Below are positions 7,956-17,405 of a stretch of 58,187 nucleotides of DNA, piece by piece. This DNA is from a virus. Lineage: Duplodnaviria; Caudoviricetes. The notes under the pieces are model-generated. The model was not told where the DNA came from. It searched no databases and saw only the letters and a list, made by a program, of their open reading frames with translations. The DNA is taken from IMG/VR virus record IMGVR_UViG_3300021197_000536, positions 1 to 58,187 of that record; one strand, 5' to 3'. The translations under genes and the position numbers were made by a program. Position 1 is the first letter of the stretch; each line of letters starts with the position of its first letter.

Positions 7956-10900
7956 ATGTCAAGACTAACATCGAGAGAAGTTGTAGGTAGCACCAAGGCT
8001 CACCTAGAAGAACTAAACCAGATGACAGACGCGGGTGTTATCTACGTAGAGGAAGACACGGGCCGTATGGTATTAGGTGATGGTGTTCGCCGTTACCTAG
8101 AGATACCTTCGAATATACTTACTGCTGACCAAACAGACTTCCTTTCACACTGGACTTACGATGAGCCTACTCGTCGCCTAGTATCTACTAAGGCTATTGA
8201 AACAACACTTAACTCCTTGTACCTTGGTGAACAGCACAAGATGTCTTCTGGTTCAGAGAACATTTACTTCACTAACCTATCAAGTGACGTTAACTTCTTC
8301 CCTATGTGGGGCGGTCTTAAAGACCAGTCTATCACAGCTAACAGAGACAGCACAGGGTTTATCCCTCCAAGTGGTCGTGTCTATACTGACATGTTCTCTT
8401 TGCCTCTCGGTGGCGCTCCTGACCCCCTTGCTTCTGTAGGATATGATGGACCTAACTACTTTGGCATCAACATCTCTGGCCTTGGTATTACTACCACTGC
8501 TGCTGAACAGGTTGACGCCGATGTACGTCTTGAGTACCGCATCGTAATTAACGGTCGTCAGGTTTACATGCAGGAACTTCCCCGTGCTTCTGCCCGTTCT
8601 TCTGCTGGTTCAGTTATCTATCCTGGTGACGTTATTGAGTGGTTCTTTGACCACCCCGTTGATGTTCGTGCTGGTACTACCCTTCAAGCTACTATTATTA
8701 AAGTAGACAATGATACTGACGCTGACTTGGGTGTATTCCAAGTTCGTCAAGGTGACACTGTAGACCCTAACACTGGTCTCTATCGCTATCAGGCAACAGT
8801 ACACAACCGTTTGTTCGAAGACAAAGACCTAGAACTCATCTCCCCTTACCTTAAGTATAAGGCTATGGACTTTAGTGTTGACTCTACAGGCACTTCTATC
8901 TTGCTTAAGGACTTGTCCCTAGCGGCGGGTTCACAGATGCTTATTCCTCATAACATTAACACAATACAAGCTATTGCTAATGGTACTGAGATTAAGATTA
9001 TGGTTAAAGATGGCGCTAAGATTCTTGTTGAATCCTTGCCAGTCTCCGCTGTAAGCATCAACGGTTCTTTTGTAAACTCTGTATTGAATACAGCTGTAAC
9101 AGAACTTAACAACTTGTTTACTAACACTCTGAGCTTTGCTTCACAGGGTAATCCTGTAACTGGCTTTACGCTAAGTGGCAATGACCTGACCCTAGCACTA
9201 GCAGACGCTACTTCCTACACTGTTGACGTAACTACAATAGGTGTGGATACTAACAAGTTTGTAACTAGTGGTGCTTTAAACGGTACAGACCTAATCCTCA
9301 CTCTGAATGATGCTTCAACTGTTACTATTGATGCTTCTAACATGATTAACGGCTCTACTCTTACTGCCACTAATGACTCTTGGTTTATCTCTTATGGTAC
9401 TAACGCCAACGAACCTGTCGCTACAAGCGCTATAGATACTACAATAGTTGGTGGTGTTCAGGTACGCTTGCAAGGTCCGTACTACTTTGGTCAGAAGCTA
9501 CAGCGTGGACAAGAGTTCAAGTTCAACATGGACACAGGTAATCAACTTCGTTTGGGTATCTGGGATGGTGCTGAAGTAGCAACTTCTTACACAGACCAAG
9601 CGACTGCTGGCAACTGGAACACAGTGTTTAGCTATGCTAACGGCTCTGGTAAGTTCACAAGCTCTACTAACACAGATGTAACAACCTATCACGCAAGTGG
9701 CTATAGTGCTACTAACAACGCTCCTATGTCTATCCGCTTCGGCAATGATGGTCATATGACTCTGATGGATTTGTCTGGTGGTGTTGAAGTTATCGTAGCT
9801 AAGACAACCATTGCTTTGCCTGTTACTGAGTTCAACCTACAGTTCGGTGGATTCAACAACTCAGTATTCCCTAACGGCATTATCGACTCTACTTCTTTCC
9901 TTTGGGAAATTGTACACGACTTTGCTGGAACTGAAGCAGGTATTATCAACGGCATCCTAGACCACACAGTGCTTAAGTCTAACATCTCTATTCTCCCCGG
10001 AGAAAAGATTATGTTTATGCTTGATGAAGCAGGTACAGGTGATTTCTTTGGTACTGACTATACAGCCGCTGCTACAGGTGTCCTTACCGCTGAAGAACAG
10101 TTAGATGGTACATTCTACTATCAGACCAATGAAGCTATCGTATTTGATACGGCTGCTGGAGTCTCAGATTGGAATGCAAATACAAACGCACCTAATTACT
10201 TCTTTGCAGCAAGCCTAAACCAATACAGAGATGGTTCTGCTGGAACTATTCAGGGTATGTTTAGCTTACGCTACACAACAGACAACTCAATCACACTCTA
10301 TGATGAAGACTCTAATGTTAAGATTGCTACACGGAAAGCAGATGGTGACGGTACTACTCCTCTACACCTCTTCTTCGGTGTTAGAGGCAACCGTGCTTAC
10401 TACTCTATTCCGGTAATCTCTAAGCAGTCTATTACAGGTGGCTCACAGCCTAACCTGACGTTTGCTCCAGATGTTTCTAATCAGACGTTTACTGTTGAAC
10501 AAAACACTGCGTTTAGCTTGCAGATTGCTCTTGACGCTAACTCTGACATTGTTAACATGTATGGCGAAAGTGATGCTCCTTCTTGGGCAGTACTAGGCCA
10601 AGTAACAGGACAGTTCATTGGTACAGCACCAGCACATAACGGCTCAAGTGACTCCTATGTCATTAACTGTAAAGCTGCTAATGCTATTGGTGGTATTACT
10701 AACTTCACTGTGACTATCAATGTAACACTACCGGCCTACACCAACACCAAGTCTCTGAACTTGGATGGTTCAACCAACTGGCTCCAAGGTAACCCTGTCA
10801 ACATGACTGCTCTAGAACGGGCAACAAATGGTGACGGTAGTGCTTGGACAATCTCAATGTGGGTTAAACCAGATACATCAAACACAGGCAACCAGACTTT

Positions 10901-11489
10901 ATTGGTTTACGGTGCAGGAGATGACTACAATGGTGGAGCTATCACGCTGAAGCAAAGTGGCGGTACAAGCTTAGTGCTGAACTACGGTACTGTGTATAAC
11001 AACATCATCCTTGTTTGTGGTAATGCGTTCACAGCTAACACTTGGCAACACGTAATGGTCACCTTCGACGGTGGCACTACAGGAAGTGTTCCGGCAGATG
11101 CTTCTGACTACTACAGCAGATTTGACATCTATGTGGATGGTGTACTTCAGTCACCCGTCGGTGTTGCTTCTGGTAGTGGTTATGACGGCGCTCTTAGCGG
11201 TGCTAACCCTAGCGACAACATCTACCGTATCGGTCGTGCGTCTAACGTCCACAACAACTACTTCGGTGGTGTAATCAACCAAGTAGCTATTTGGGACACA
11301 GACCAAACTGCCAACATAGCGACTATCTATAACAGCGGTGCAACTCAGAACTTATCTGACTTAACTGTAGCTCCGTCTCATTATTATGAGATAGAAACCT
11401 CTGTAACGACTATAGCTGATATTGAAGGCTCTGCGCCTTTGACTGGTTATAACTTTGTTGCTGGTGACTTGGTTACTGATACACCTTAA
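7956..11489 (+). CDS. large beta-rich adhesin/fibre-like protein with Ig-like and C-terminal LamG/ConA-like domains
   Basis: SLNLDGSTNWL, WTISMWVKP, WQHVMVTFDG, IYVDG, GVINQVAIW LamG pattern; YVINCKAANAIG Ig-like strand. Confidence 0.75.
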   Translation: MSRLTSREVVGSTKAHLEELNQMTDAGVIYVEEDTGRMVLGDGVRRYLEIPSNILTADQTDFLSHWTYDEPTRRLVSTKAIETTLNSLYLGEQHKMSSGSENIYFTNLSSDVNFFPMWGGLKDQSITANRDSTGFIPPSGRVYTDMFSLPLGGAPDPLASVGYDGPNYFGINISGLGITTTAAEQVDADVRLEYRIVINGRQVYMQELPRASARSSAGSVIYPGDVIEWFFDHPVDVRAGTTLQATIIKVDNDTDADLGVFQVRQGDTVDPNTGLYRYQATVHNRLFEDKDLELISPYLKYKAMDFSVDSTGTSILLKDLSLAAGSQMLIPHNINTIQAIANGTEIKIMVKDGAKILVESLPVSAVSINGSFVNSVLNTAVTELNNLFTNTLSFASQGNPVTGFTLSGNDLTLALADATSYTVDVTTIGVDTNKFVTSGALNGTDLILTLNDASTVTIDASNMINGSTLTATNDSWFISYGTNANEPVATSAIDTTIVGGVQVRLQGPYYFGQKLQRGQEFKFNMDTGNQLRLGIWDGAEVATSYTDQATAGNWNTVFSYANGSGKFTSSTNTDVTTYHASGYSATNNAPMSIRFGNDGHMTLMDLSGGVEVIVAKTTIALPVTEFNLQFGGFNNSVFPNGIIDSTSFLWEIVHDFAGTEAGIINGILDHTVLKSNISILPGEKIMFMLDEAGTGDFFGTDYTAAATGVLTAEEQLDGTFYYQTNEAIVFDTAAGVSDWNANTNAPNYFFAASLNQYRDGSAGTIQGMFSLRYTTDNSITLYDEDSNVKIATRKADGDGTTPLHLFFGVRGNRAYYSIPVISKQSITGGSQPNLTFAPDVSNQTFTVEQNTAFSLQIALDANSDIVNMYGESDAPSWAVLGQVTGQFIGTAPAHNGSSDSYVINCKAANAIGGITNFTVTINVTLPAYTNTKSLNLDGSTNWLQGNPVNMTALERATNGDGSAWTISMWVKPDTSNTGNQTLLVYGAGDDYNGGAITLKQSGGTSLVLNYGTVYNNIILVCGNAFTANTWQHVMVTFDGGTTGSVPADASDYYSRFDIYVDGVLQSPVGVASGSGYDGALSGANPSDNIYRIGRASNVHNNYFGGVINQVAIWDTDQTANIATIYNSGATQNLSDLTVAPSHYYEIETSVTTIADIEGSAPLTGYNFVAGDLVTDTP

Positions 11490-11495
11490 TAACGA

Positions 11496-11524
11496 TTGAC
11501 AACCCCTGGCTTGTGTGCTATAAG
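11496..11524 (+). promoter_or_regulatory. sigma70-type promoter
   Basis: TTGACA(11496-11501)-17 bp-TATAAG(11519-11524), extended -10 TG; overlapped by an inverted repeat. Confidence 0.7.
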
Positions 11525-11556
11525 CTAGGGGTTACAGTCAACAGACAGGTACTATA

Positions 11557-11763
11557 ATGCAGATTAAACGACTAGTAAATGATAAACCACTGTGGGACTC
11601 CTTCTGCGATGAGCTGGATGAACGTATAACATACGCCTACAAGCAACTAGAACAAAGGGATGAGCCTTTGCACTTACACCGCCTACAAGGTGAGATCAAA
11701 GCGTTACGTAGCCTCAAGCAGCTCCGTGATAAAATCAATGGTGAAAAGACGGAGACCTTTTAA
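11557..11763 (+). CDS. small head-module protein
   Basis: LHRLQGEIKALRSL motif typical of the small gene after podoviral portals. Confidence 0.75.
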   Translation: MQIKRLVNDKPLWDSFCDELDERITYAYKQLEQRDEPLHLHRLQGEIKALRSLKQLRDKINGEKTETF

Positions 11764-13383
11764 ATGAAAAAGATGTATGAAGAAGGTGGCTTAGCCACGG
11801 ACGGTATGGATGTTGATCCTGTGTCAGGTAACGATATCCCTGTTGGCTCCAATGCTGAAGACGTACGTGATGACGTAGATGCTAAGCTATCCTCAGGTGA
11901 GTACGTAGTGCCTGCTGACGTAGTTAAGTACCTAGGTGTTGCTCAGCTGGAGAAGCTTGTCAACAAAGCTAAAGATGGCCTTGAGGACATGGAAGAGAAC
12001 GGACGTATCGGAGGTGCCCCTGCAGAGGAACCTGAAGAGGTCGTAATGACTCTTGGTGGTGATCTGGAGACTCTAGACGGTTACGCTACCGGTGGTCTGG
12101 TCCCAGGTGCTGATATTAACGGTATCATTGATCGTGTTAAAGCTGCAGCTATGAAAGACCCTTCTATTACCAACCTTCTTAAGTCAAAGGGTATCTTTGT
12201 ACAAGCCCCTGAGCAAGGACAAGCTGCTGTAGCTCCTGCCGTAGAGGGTCAGGCTGCTCCTAGGAAGTTCGCTGAAGGTGGTTCTGTAGAGACACCTGAG
12301 TTCGCCAAGTACGACTCAGAGGATTACACAAGCACTTTCGATCCATACGCACATGGACCTGGTTTCTCTATTACAACTGGAGCTTCTGCGGCACCTGTAC
12401 CTCCTACCTGCCCAGAAGGTTATGAGCTCGATCCCACTACCAACACGTGTGTTCCCGTTGAAGCTAAGGTTGAAGAGCCTAAACAGGATGAGGGGCCTAG
12501 TCAAGAGGAGTTAGCCGAACAGCAGAATGATCCTAACGCTTGGATGGAGCAGTACGACTACACTAACCCTGAGACACTCATGAATCAGACCATGACTACT
12601 CTTGGCCTCCGTGAAGCTGAAGAGGAGAAAGAAGGTGCTGGTGGTTTCATGGGTAAGATCGGGGATTTCTTCAGTAACACCCTCGGTAAGACCTTGGCAG
12701 GTGGTATGCTTGGTAAGCTAATGGCTACCAACAACTACTCCAGCGCAATGGCTAACGCAGCTGTTCTAGAGGCTCAAGGTTACAAGGCTGAGGCTCAGTC
12801 TATCCGTAACGCAGCAACTGGGTACGCTAAAGATAAGGGTGTCCGTGTGGGTGGCTTCTTCGACGGCACTAAGGGCAAGTCTGAACGAGCAGTGGGACTG
12901 ATGGCAGGTAGCTTTGGTAAAACGGGTACTAGCCTAGCAAGAGGTGGATCAGGTGGGTCCTCTGGCGGTCCACGTACATCTGGCACAGGTTATGATTGGC
13001 AGTCCTACAAAGCCCCTGGGGCCTCTAAGACCTTTAACCAGAAGTCTTCGCCTAACGCAGCTAAGGCTGCGAAGTCCCTACGTTCCCGTCAGTCTGACGC
13101 ACCTAGCACTGAGGCCATGCGTGGCATCTCCCGAGGTGCGGATATAGCAGAAGAGGCTGCAAGCTCTGGACGTAGCATTGCTGACATAGGTCGCTCTAAC
13201 GCACCTAGCACCGCAGCTCCTTCCGCAGAGGATCGGTCAGCTGCTGCAGCCGGTGCTTCCCGTGGTATCGGAGGTGAGTTCGGTATGGCTAAGGGTGGTC
13301 TAGTCCAACCTCGCCGTAAGACACCTACTTCAAAGAAGATGACTACAAAGACTACTAACAAAAAGGGTTTGGGCCGCCGATAG
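11764..13383 (+). CDS. putative virion protein with N-terminal DDVDAKLSSGEYVV domain and repeated AxGG motifs
   Basis: Located in head module; MYEEGG, YATGG, FAEGG, MAKGG. Confidence 0.7.
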   Translation: MKKMYEEGGLATDGMDVDPVSGNDIPVGSNAEDVRDDVDAKLSSGEYVVPADVVKYLGVAQLEKLVNKAKDGLEDMEENGRIGGAPAEEPEEVVMTLGGDLETLDGYATGGLVPGADINGIIDRVKAAAMKDPSITNLLKSKGIFVQAPEQGQAAVAPAVEGQAAPRKFAEGGSVETPEFAKYDSEDYTSTFDPYAHGPGFSITTGASAAPVPPTCPEGYELDPTTNTCVPVEAKVEEPKQDEGPSQEELAEQQNDPNAWMEQYDYTNPETLMNQTMTTLGLREAEEEKEGAGGFMGKIGDFFSNTLGKTLAGGMLGKLMATNNYSSAMANAAVLEAQGYKAEAQSIRNAATGYAKDKGVRVGGFFDGTKGKSERAVGLMAGSFGKTGTSLARGGSGGSSGGPRTSGTGYDWQSYKAPGASKTFNQKSSPNAAKAAKSLRSRQSDAPSTEAMRGISRGADIAEEAASSGRSIADIGRSNAPSTAAPSAEDRSAAAAGASRGIGGEFGMAKGGLVQPRRKTPTSKKMTTKTTNKKGLGRR

Positions 13384-13450
13384 GCCCTTACCACCCTCCT
13401 ACAAAACAATAAGGCCACTCAGCATAAAGCTGACCCCAACATAAAGGAAT

Positions 13451-14374
13451 ATGGACATGGCTCAAGAAATGGTTAAAGAAGTAGCAGCTAAAGAGGCTAT
13501 GATGTCTCGCGGTAGCAACTATATGGCTAAGCAAGCACGTATCGAGAAAGACGAGAAGGAACTAGAGGAGCTAATGGCCTCTCAGAGCCACGGAGAGGAC
13601 CCTGAGGAGGCCGAAGAGGTACAAGAGGTACCTGAGGCCCAGGAAGGGGATACTGAGGCTGTAGAGGACGCTCCTGAGGAGTCTGATGAGAACCTTAGCC
13701 GTGAAGAGAAGTCCTTCAAGAAACGGTACGGTGATCTACGCCGTCACATGGCCGAGAAGGAGAAGGAGTGGAAGAGTAAGCTGGAAGAGGCTGAGTCTAC
13801 ATCTCCCAAACTCCGTGCCCCTAAGTCTGATGAGGACATCGAGGCGTGGGCTAGAGAGTACCCTGATGTAGCTGCTATCGTGGAGACCATTGCGTCTAAG
13901 AAGGCCGATGAGAAGTTTGCAGTAGCTGAGAACCGCTTACGTCAGTTCGACGAGGCTAACTACGAAGCTGAGCGCACTAAGGCTGAGACAACCATCCGTA
14001 AAGCCCATAGTGACTTCGATGAGTTACGTGACTCCGACACCTTCCATGACTGGGTTGAGGAACAGCCTAAGTGGGTACGTGATGCCCTTTATGAGAACTC
14101 AGACGATGCTGCAAGTGTTGTCCGTGTCCTTGACCTCTACAAGGTCGACAATGGCCTGACACCCTCCGCTAAGAAGAGTAAAGCTAAAGATGCAGCTAAG
14201 ACTGTATCTAAGCGTAGCCGCCCAGCTGTAGATGATACAGGTGCTGGTGGTATGTTGAAAGAATCAGTGGTCTCTAAGATGACTGATAAAGAGTTTGAGG
14301 ATCGTTACGACGAGATTCAAGAAGCGATGCAGTCCGGTAAGTTTGTCTATGACATCTCCGGTAAAGCACGCTAA
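13451..14374 (+). CDS. capsid scaffolding protein
   Basis: Acidic coiled-coil, FKKRYGDLRRH, HSDFDEL; directly before the MCP. Confidence 0.8.
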   Translation: MDMAQEMVKEVAAKEAMMSRGSNYMAKQARIEKDEKELEELMASQSHGEDPEEAEEVQEVPEAQEGDTEAVEDAPEESDENLSREEKSFKKRYGDLRRHMAEKEKEWKSKLEEAESTSPKLRAPKSDEDIEAWAREYPDVAAIVETIASKKADEKFAVAENRLRQFDEANYEAERTKAETTIRKAHSDFDELRDSDTFHDWVEEQPKWVRDALYENSDDAASVVRVLDLYKVDNGLTPSAKKSKAKDAAKTVSKRSRPAVDDTGAGGMLKESVVSKMTDKEFEDRYDEIQEAMQSGKFVYDISGKAR

Positions 14375-14396
14375 GACCCCTTACTCAAATAACATC

Positions 14397-14425
14397 TTGA
14401 CATCAAGAAATGAGTATGGTATAAC
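14397..14425 (+). promoter_or_regulatory. sigma70-type promoter for the capsid gene
   Basis: TTGACA(14397-14402)-17 bp-TATAAC(14420-14425), extended -10 TG. Confidence 0.75.
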
Positions 14426-14650
14426 TGTAGGAGTTTGCTTAGCCCCACCTCTGGATACCTAGGCAACCCTTACAGTGGCCCTTAAAGGGCTCCCTGAACA
14501 CTAATAATCTTTAAGAATTACCTGATAAGTACAGGCCCTGTGTAGCTAAGCTGGCAAGCTGCCCTATACAGCACCCTCGAAACACTCAGCCCCTTATCCA
14601 GATTGTTTAGGTTCTCTTAACTGAGGTACTCTAACTAAACACGTACCTCT
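14424..14650 (+). ncRNA. structured 5' leader RNA of the major capsid gene
   Basis: Several helices by eye: 14424-14476, 14478-14490, nested domain 14496-14614, 14623-14649. Confidence 0.5.
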
Positions 14651-14684
14651 ATTTATCAAGCCAAACAATGAAGAGGATATCTCA

Positions 14685-15758
14685 ATGGCTTTCGCATCAG
14701 CTGCCGGTCACGGCAACCTGCCTAATGGCAACTTCTCAAGTGTTATCTATTCCAAGAAAGTCCAGCTTGCATTCCGCAAGAAGGCTATCTGTAATGACAT
14801 CACTAACTCCGACTACTTCGGTGAAATCTCAGCACAGGGTGATACTGTTAAGATCATCAAAGAGCCTGAGATCTCTGTAAGCTCCTACGCACGTGGTACA
14901 CAGATCGCAGCACAGGACCTTGACGACGAAGACTTCTCCCTCGTTGTAGACAAAGCTAACTACTTTGCTTTCAAGATCGACGACATCGAAGAGGCACACA
15001 GCCACGTTAACTTTATGGACCTTGCTACAAACCGTGCGGCATACCGCTTGGCTGACCAGCTTGACCAGGAAGTCCTTGGTTACCTTTCCGGTTACAAGCA
15101 GTCTGCTCTGCACGCAGCTGGTGACACTGTTAACGACCAGGTAAACGGTACTGTTGCTGTTTCTACTGCTGGTGCAGACGAATTGCTGACTTCCATGAAG
15201 CTCATCAAGTCTTCTTTCGGTAACATCTCAACTGCTTCTGCTGCGGATCACTCGATCCCAGTTGCTGCTCGCCTCCCAGGTGCAACAGCTCTGCCAACAG
15301 CATACGCTTCTCCTGTTATGTTGATCAACCGTATGGGTCGTTTGCTCGACCAGCAGAACGTTGACAAGGATGGCCGCTGGATCGTTATTGACCCAGTTAT
15401 GCTTGAAGTACTGATGGACGAAGATAGCCGCTTCTTGAATGCTGACTTCGGTGACTCTGGTGCTCTTCGCAACGGTCTGGTTATGAACAAGTGGAACGGT
15501 TTCCGCGTGTACGTATCCAACAACCTGCCAAGCGTCGGTGGTGGTGCTGCTACAACTGGTACTGCTAACCAGAACACTGACTACGGTGTTATCGTTGGTG
15601 GTCATGACTCCGCTGTAGCAACTGCTGAGCAGATCAACAAGACAGAGACATATCGTGACCCTGACAGCTTTGCTGACATCGTCCGTGGTATGCACCTCTA
15701 TGGTCGTAAGATTCTGCGCCCAGAGGCTCTCGTAACTGCCAAGTACAACCTTGCGTAA
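14685..15758 (+). CDS. major capsid protein (HK97 fold)
   Basis: YFGEISAQGDTVKI, FAFKIDDIE, FADIVRGMHLYGRKILRPEAL. Confidence 0.93.
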   Translation: MAFASAAGHGNLPNGNFSSVIYSKKVQLAFRKKAICNDITNSDYFGEISAQGDTVKIIKEPEISVSSYARGTQIAAQDLDDEDFSLVVDKANYFAFKIDDIEEAHSHVNFMDLATNRAAYRLADQLDQEVLGYLSGYKQSALHAAGDTVNDQVNGTVAVSTAGADELLTSMKLIKSSFGNISTASAADHSIPVAARLPGATALPTAYASPVMLINRMGRLLDQQNVDKDGRWIVIDPVMLEVLMDEDSRFLNADFGDSGALRNGLVMNKWNGFRVYVSNNLPSVGGGAATTGTANQNTDYGVIVGGHDSAVATAEQINKTETYRDPDSFADIVRGMHLYGRKILRPEALVTAKYNLA

Positions 15759-15764
15759 GACAGT

Positions 15765-15797
15765 AGGTACCCTGGGTGACTGGGGTACCTCTTTCTG
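15765..15797 (+). terminator. intrinsic terminator after MCP
   Basis: AGGTACCCTGG-gtga-CTGGGGTACCT then CTTTCTG. Confidence 0.7.
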
Positions 15798-15826
15798 TTA
15801 GTCATACATCTTGAAAGGATTCTTAA

Positions 15827-16240
15827 ATGGCTCTATCATCTTCCCTTAAGTCTAAGGCCTATATGGTCGAAAAGACTACAACCCTCGGTGTTGCTACTGG
15901 CACCACTGTTGGTCCAGCCGTTCTGGCTAACACTATGGTCATCGCTTCCGGTATCGAGTTCGTAACTGCAGCTGGTTCTGCCGCTACTTCCGCTACTGTT
16001 GCTGTTGGTGACGGCGTAACTGCTAACTTAGCAGCTGTTGACATGCAAGCTAAAGCTGCTGGCACCATCCTTGGTGGTGTAGTTCCTAGCTTCGTATCTG
16101 CTGACGACACTATCGACGCTGTCTTGGCTGTTACTGGTGCTGGTCTTGTTGCTGCTACCGTGCGTATCTGGGCTATCGTTGTAGATTGCAACGAGAACAC
16201 CAAGAACGCTGCTGAGGTTGACCGCGACACACTCGCATAA
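15827..16240 (+). CDS. putative capsid decoration/minor capsid protein
   Basis: Small Ala/Thr/Val-rich beta protein right after MCP; ADDTID...RIWAIVVD. Confidence 0.7.
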   Translation: MALSSSLKSKAYMVEKTTTLGVATGTTVGPAVLANTMVIASGIEFVTAAGSAATSATVAVGDGVTANLAAVDMQAKAAGTILGGVVPSFVSADDTIDAVLAVTGAGLVAATVRIWAIVVDCNENTKNAAEVDRDTLA

Positions 16241-16248
16241 GACTAGTT

Positions 16249-16276
16249 AGAGGCCCCTTCGGGGGTCTCTTCCCTT
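16249..16276 (+). terminator. hairpin/terminator with UUCG loop
   Basis: AGAGGCCCC-TTCG-GGGGTCTCT then pyrimidine tract. Confidence 0.65.
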
Positions 16277-16300
16277 CCCCTCTACTCACAGGAATACAAC

Positions 16301-16663
16301 ATGGCCTTTATTGCTGATACCGTTTTCGATAACGGTCTAGCTGTACTCGATACGAATGGTATTCGTTTAGATATCTGCTCAACTGAACCCACTACATACA
16401 CTGAAGCTACTGCGACTTACACACTTGGTAACGACACTGTAAACACAGGAGCCCCCACGGACGGTGTTACTGACGGTCGTCGCGTTATCGTACCGACTAT
16501 CACTGCTGGCTCTGTCACAGGTACCGGTACCGCTGCTTTCTGGGCACTTACCGACAACTCCTCTATCTTATTCGCAACTGGTGCTTTGTCTGCCTCCCAG
16601 GTTGTTACAACAGGTAACACTTTCTCATTGGATGCTGTTTCAATCACTATCCGTGACGCTTAA
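16301..16663 (+). CDS. virion structural protein
   Basis: DGRRV...TGTAAFWAL...VTTGNTFSL beta-rich pattern. Confidence 0.7.
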   Translation: MAFIADTVFDNGLAVLDTNGIRLDICSTEPTTYTEATATYTLGNDTVNTGAPTDGVTDGRRVIVPTITAGSVTGTGTAAFWALTDNSSILFATGALSASQVVTTGNTFSLDAVSITIRDA

Positions 16664-16679
16664 GTAGAGCTCACAAGGT

Positions 16680-17405
16680 ATGGCTGATCATATATTAAAA
16701 GCAGGTGGTAGTAACGCCTACAATACGTCAGTGTATGGTCAAGCTGTTTACACAGCACCAGGTATTGAGTTTAGCAGTGAGACTGCAAGTGTCTCTTTAT
16801 CTCAAACCCATAACCTAGCAGCAACTAGTGTTGAGGCTAGCACTGAGGTAACTGCACCAGGTCTAACTCAGGTCCAAATGCTGCTGAGTGTAGTAACCCA
16901 GTCTAGCCCTGAGGTGACTGCCCCAGAAATAGACGAACTAAACATACTGGATGCTACCGATGTACAGGCCCCTACAACCCTGACATTACCCACCCCTCGT
17001 CAACTACATAGTCTAACGAGTGTCGGGTCAGAGAGCTTACCGGAAGTCTCAATACCGATTTGTAAGGAGAGTAATGAACTCTTCGCAATATCAGTAGAGT
17101 CGACGCCAGGTGTGACCTCCGTACCAGTACAACAGGCACACACCCTTCTTTCGTCTAGTGTAGAGTCAAGCTCTGACGTTACAAACCCTGCTCAAGTCAC
17201 AGGTGTTGTCTTCTTACAAACTCCGACTGAGACTACGTCTGAGTCTGCAACACCTTCTATCTGGGAGTTAGGGCCTTTTGAACAAGACACAGACTTTACA
17301 GTGTACGTACCAGAACAAAACACAAAGGCTCTAGTTGGTCCACAGGATTATAGTAATCAAGTGATAGTACCTCCAGAGAATAGACAGATAAGGATCGCAG
17401 CGTAA
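16680..17405 (+). CDS. Ser/Thr-rich virion protein with ~21-aa periodic repeats
   Basis: Recurrent QxHxLxxxSVES-like units; tail region. Confidence 0.6.
   Translation: MADHILKAGGSNAYNTSVYGQAVYTAPGIEFSSETASVSLSQTHNLAATSVEASTEVTAPGLTQVQMLLSVVTQSSPEVTAPEIDELNILDATDVQAPTTLTLPTPRQLHSLTSVGSESLPEVSIPICKESNELFAISVESTPGVTSVPVQQAHTLLSSSVESSSDVTNPAQVTGVVFLQTPTETTSESATPSIWELGPFEQDTDFTVYVPEQNTKALVGPQDYSNQVIVPPENRQIRIAA

Noticed and set aside
14522-14585. Hammerhead-like core (CTGATAAG...CGAAAC)
   Set aside because: G8 is A (breaks the C3-G8 pair), stem II does not pair directly, and no stem III with a UH cleavage site is found; better read as an internal loop
14668-14880. 70-aa ORF overlapping the MCP start
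   Set aside because: Alternate-frame overlap with no RBS; its start region is the MCP Shine-Dalgarno
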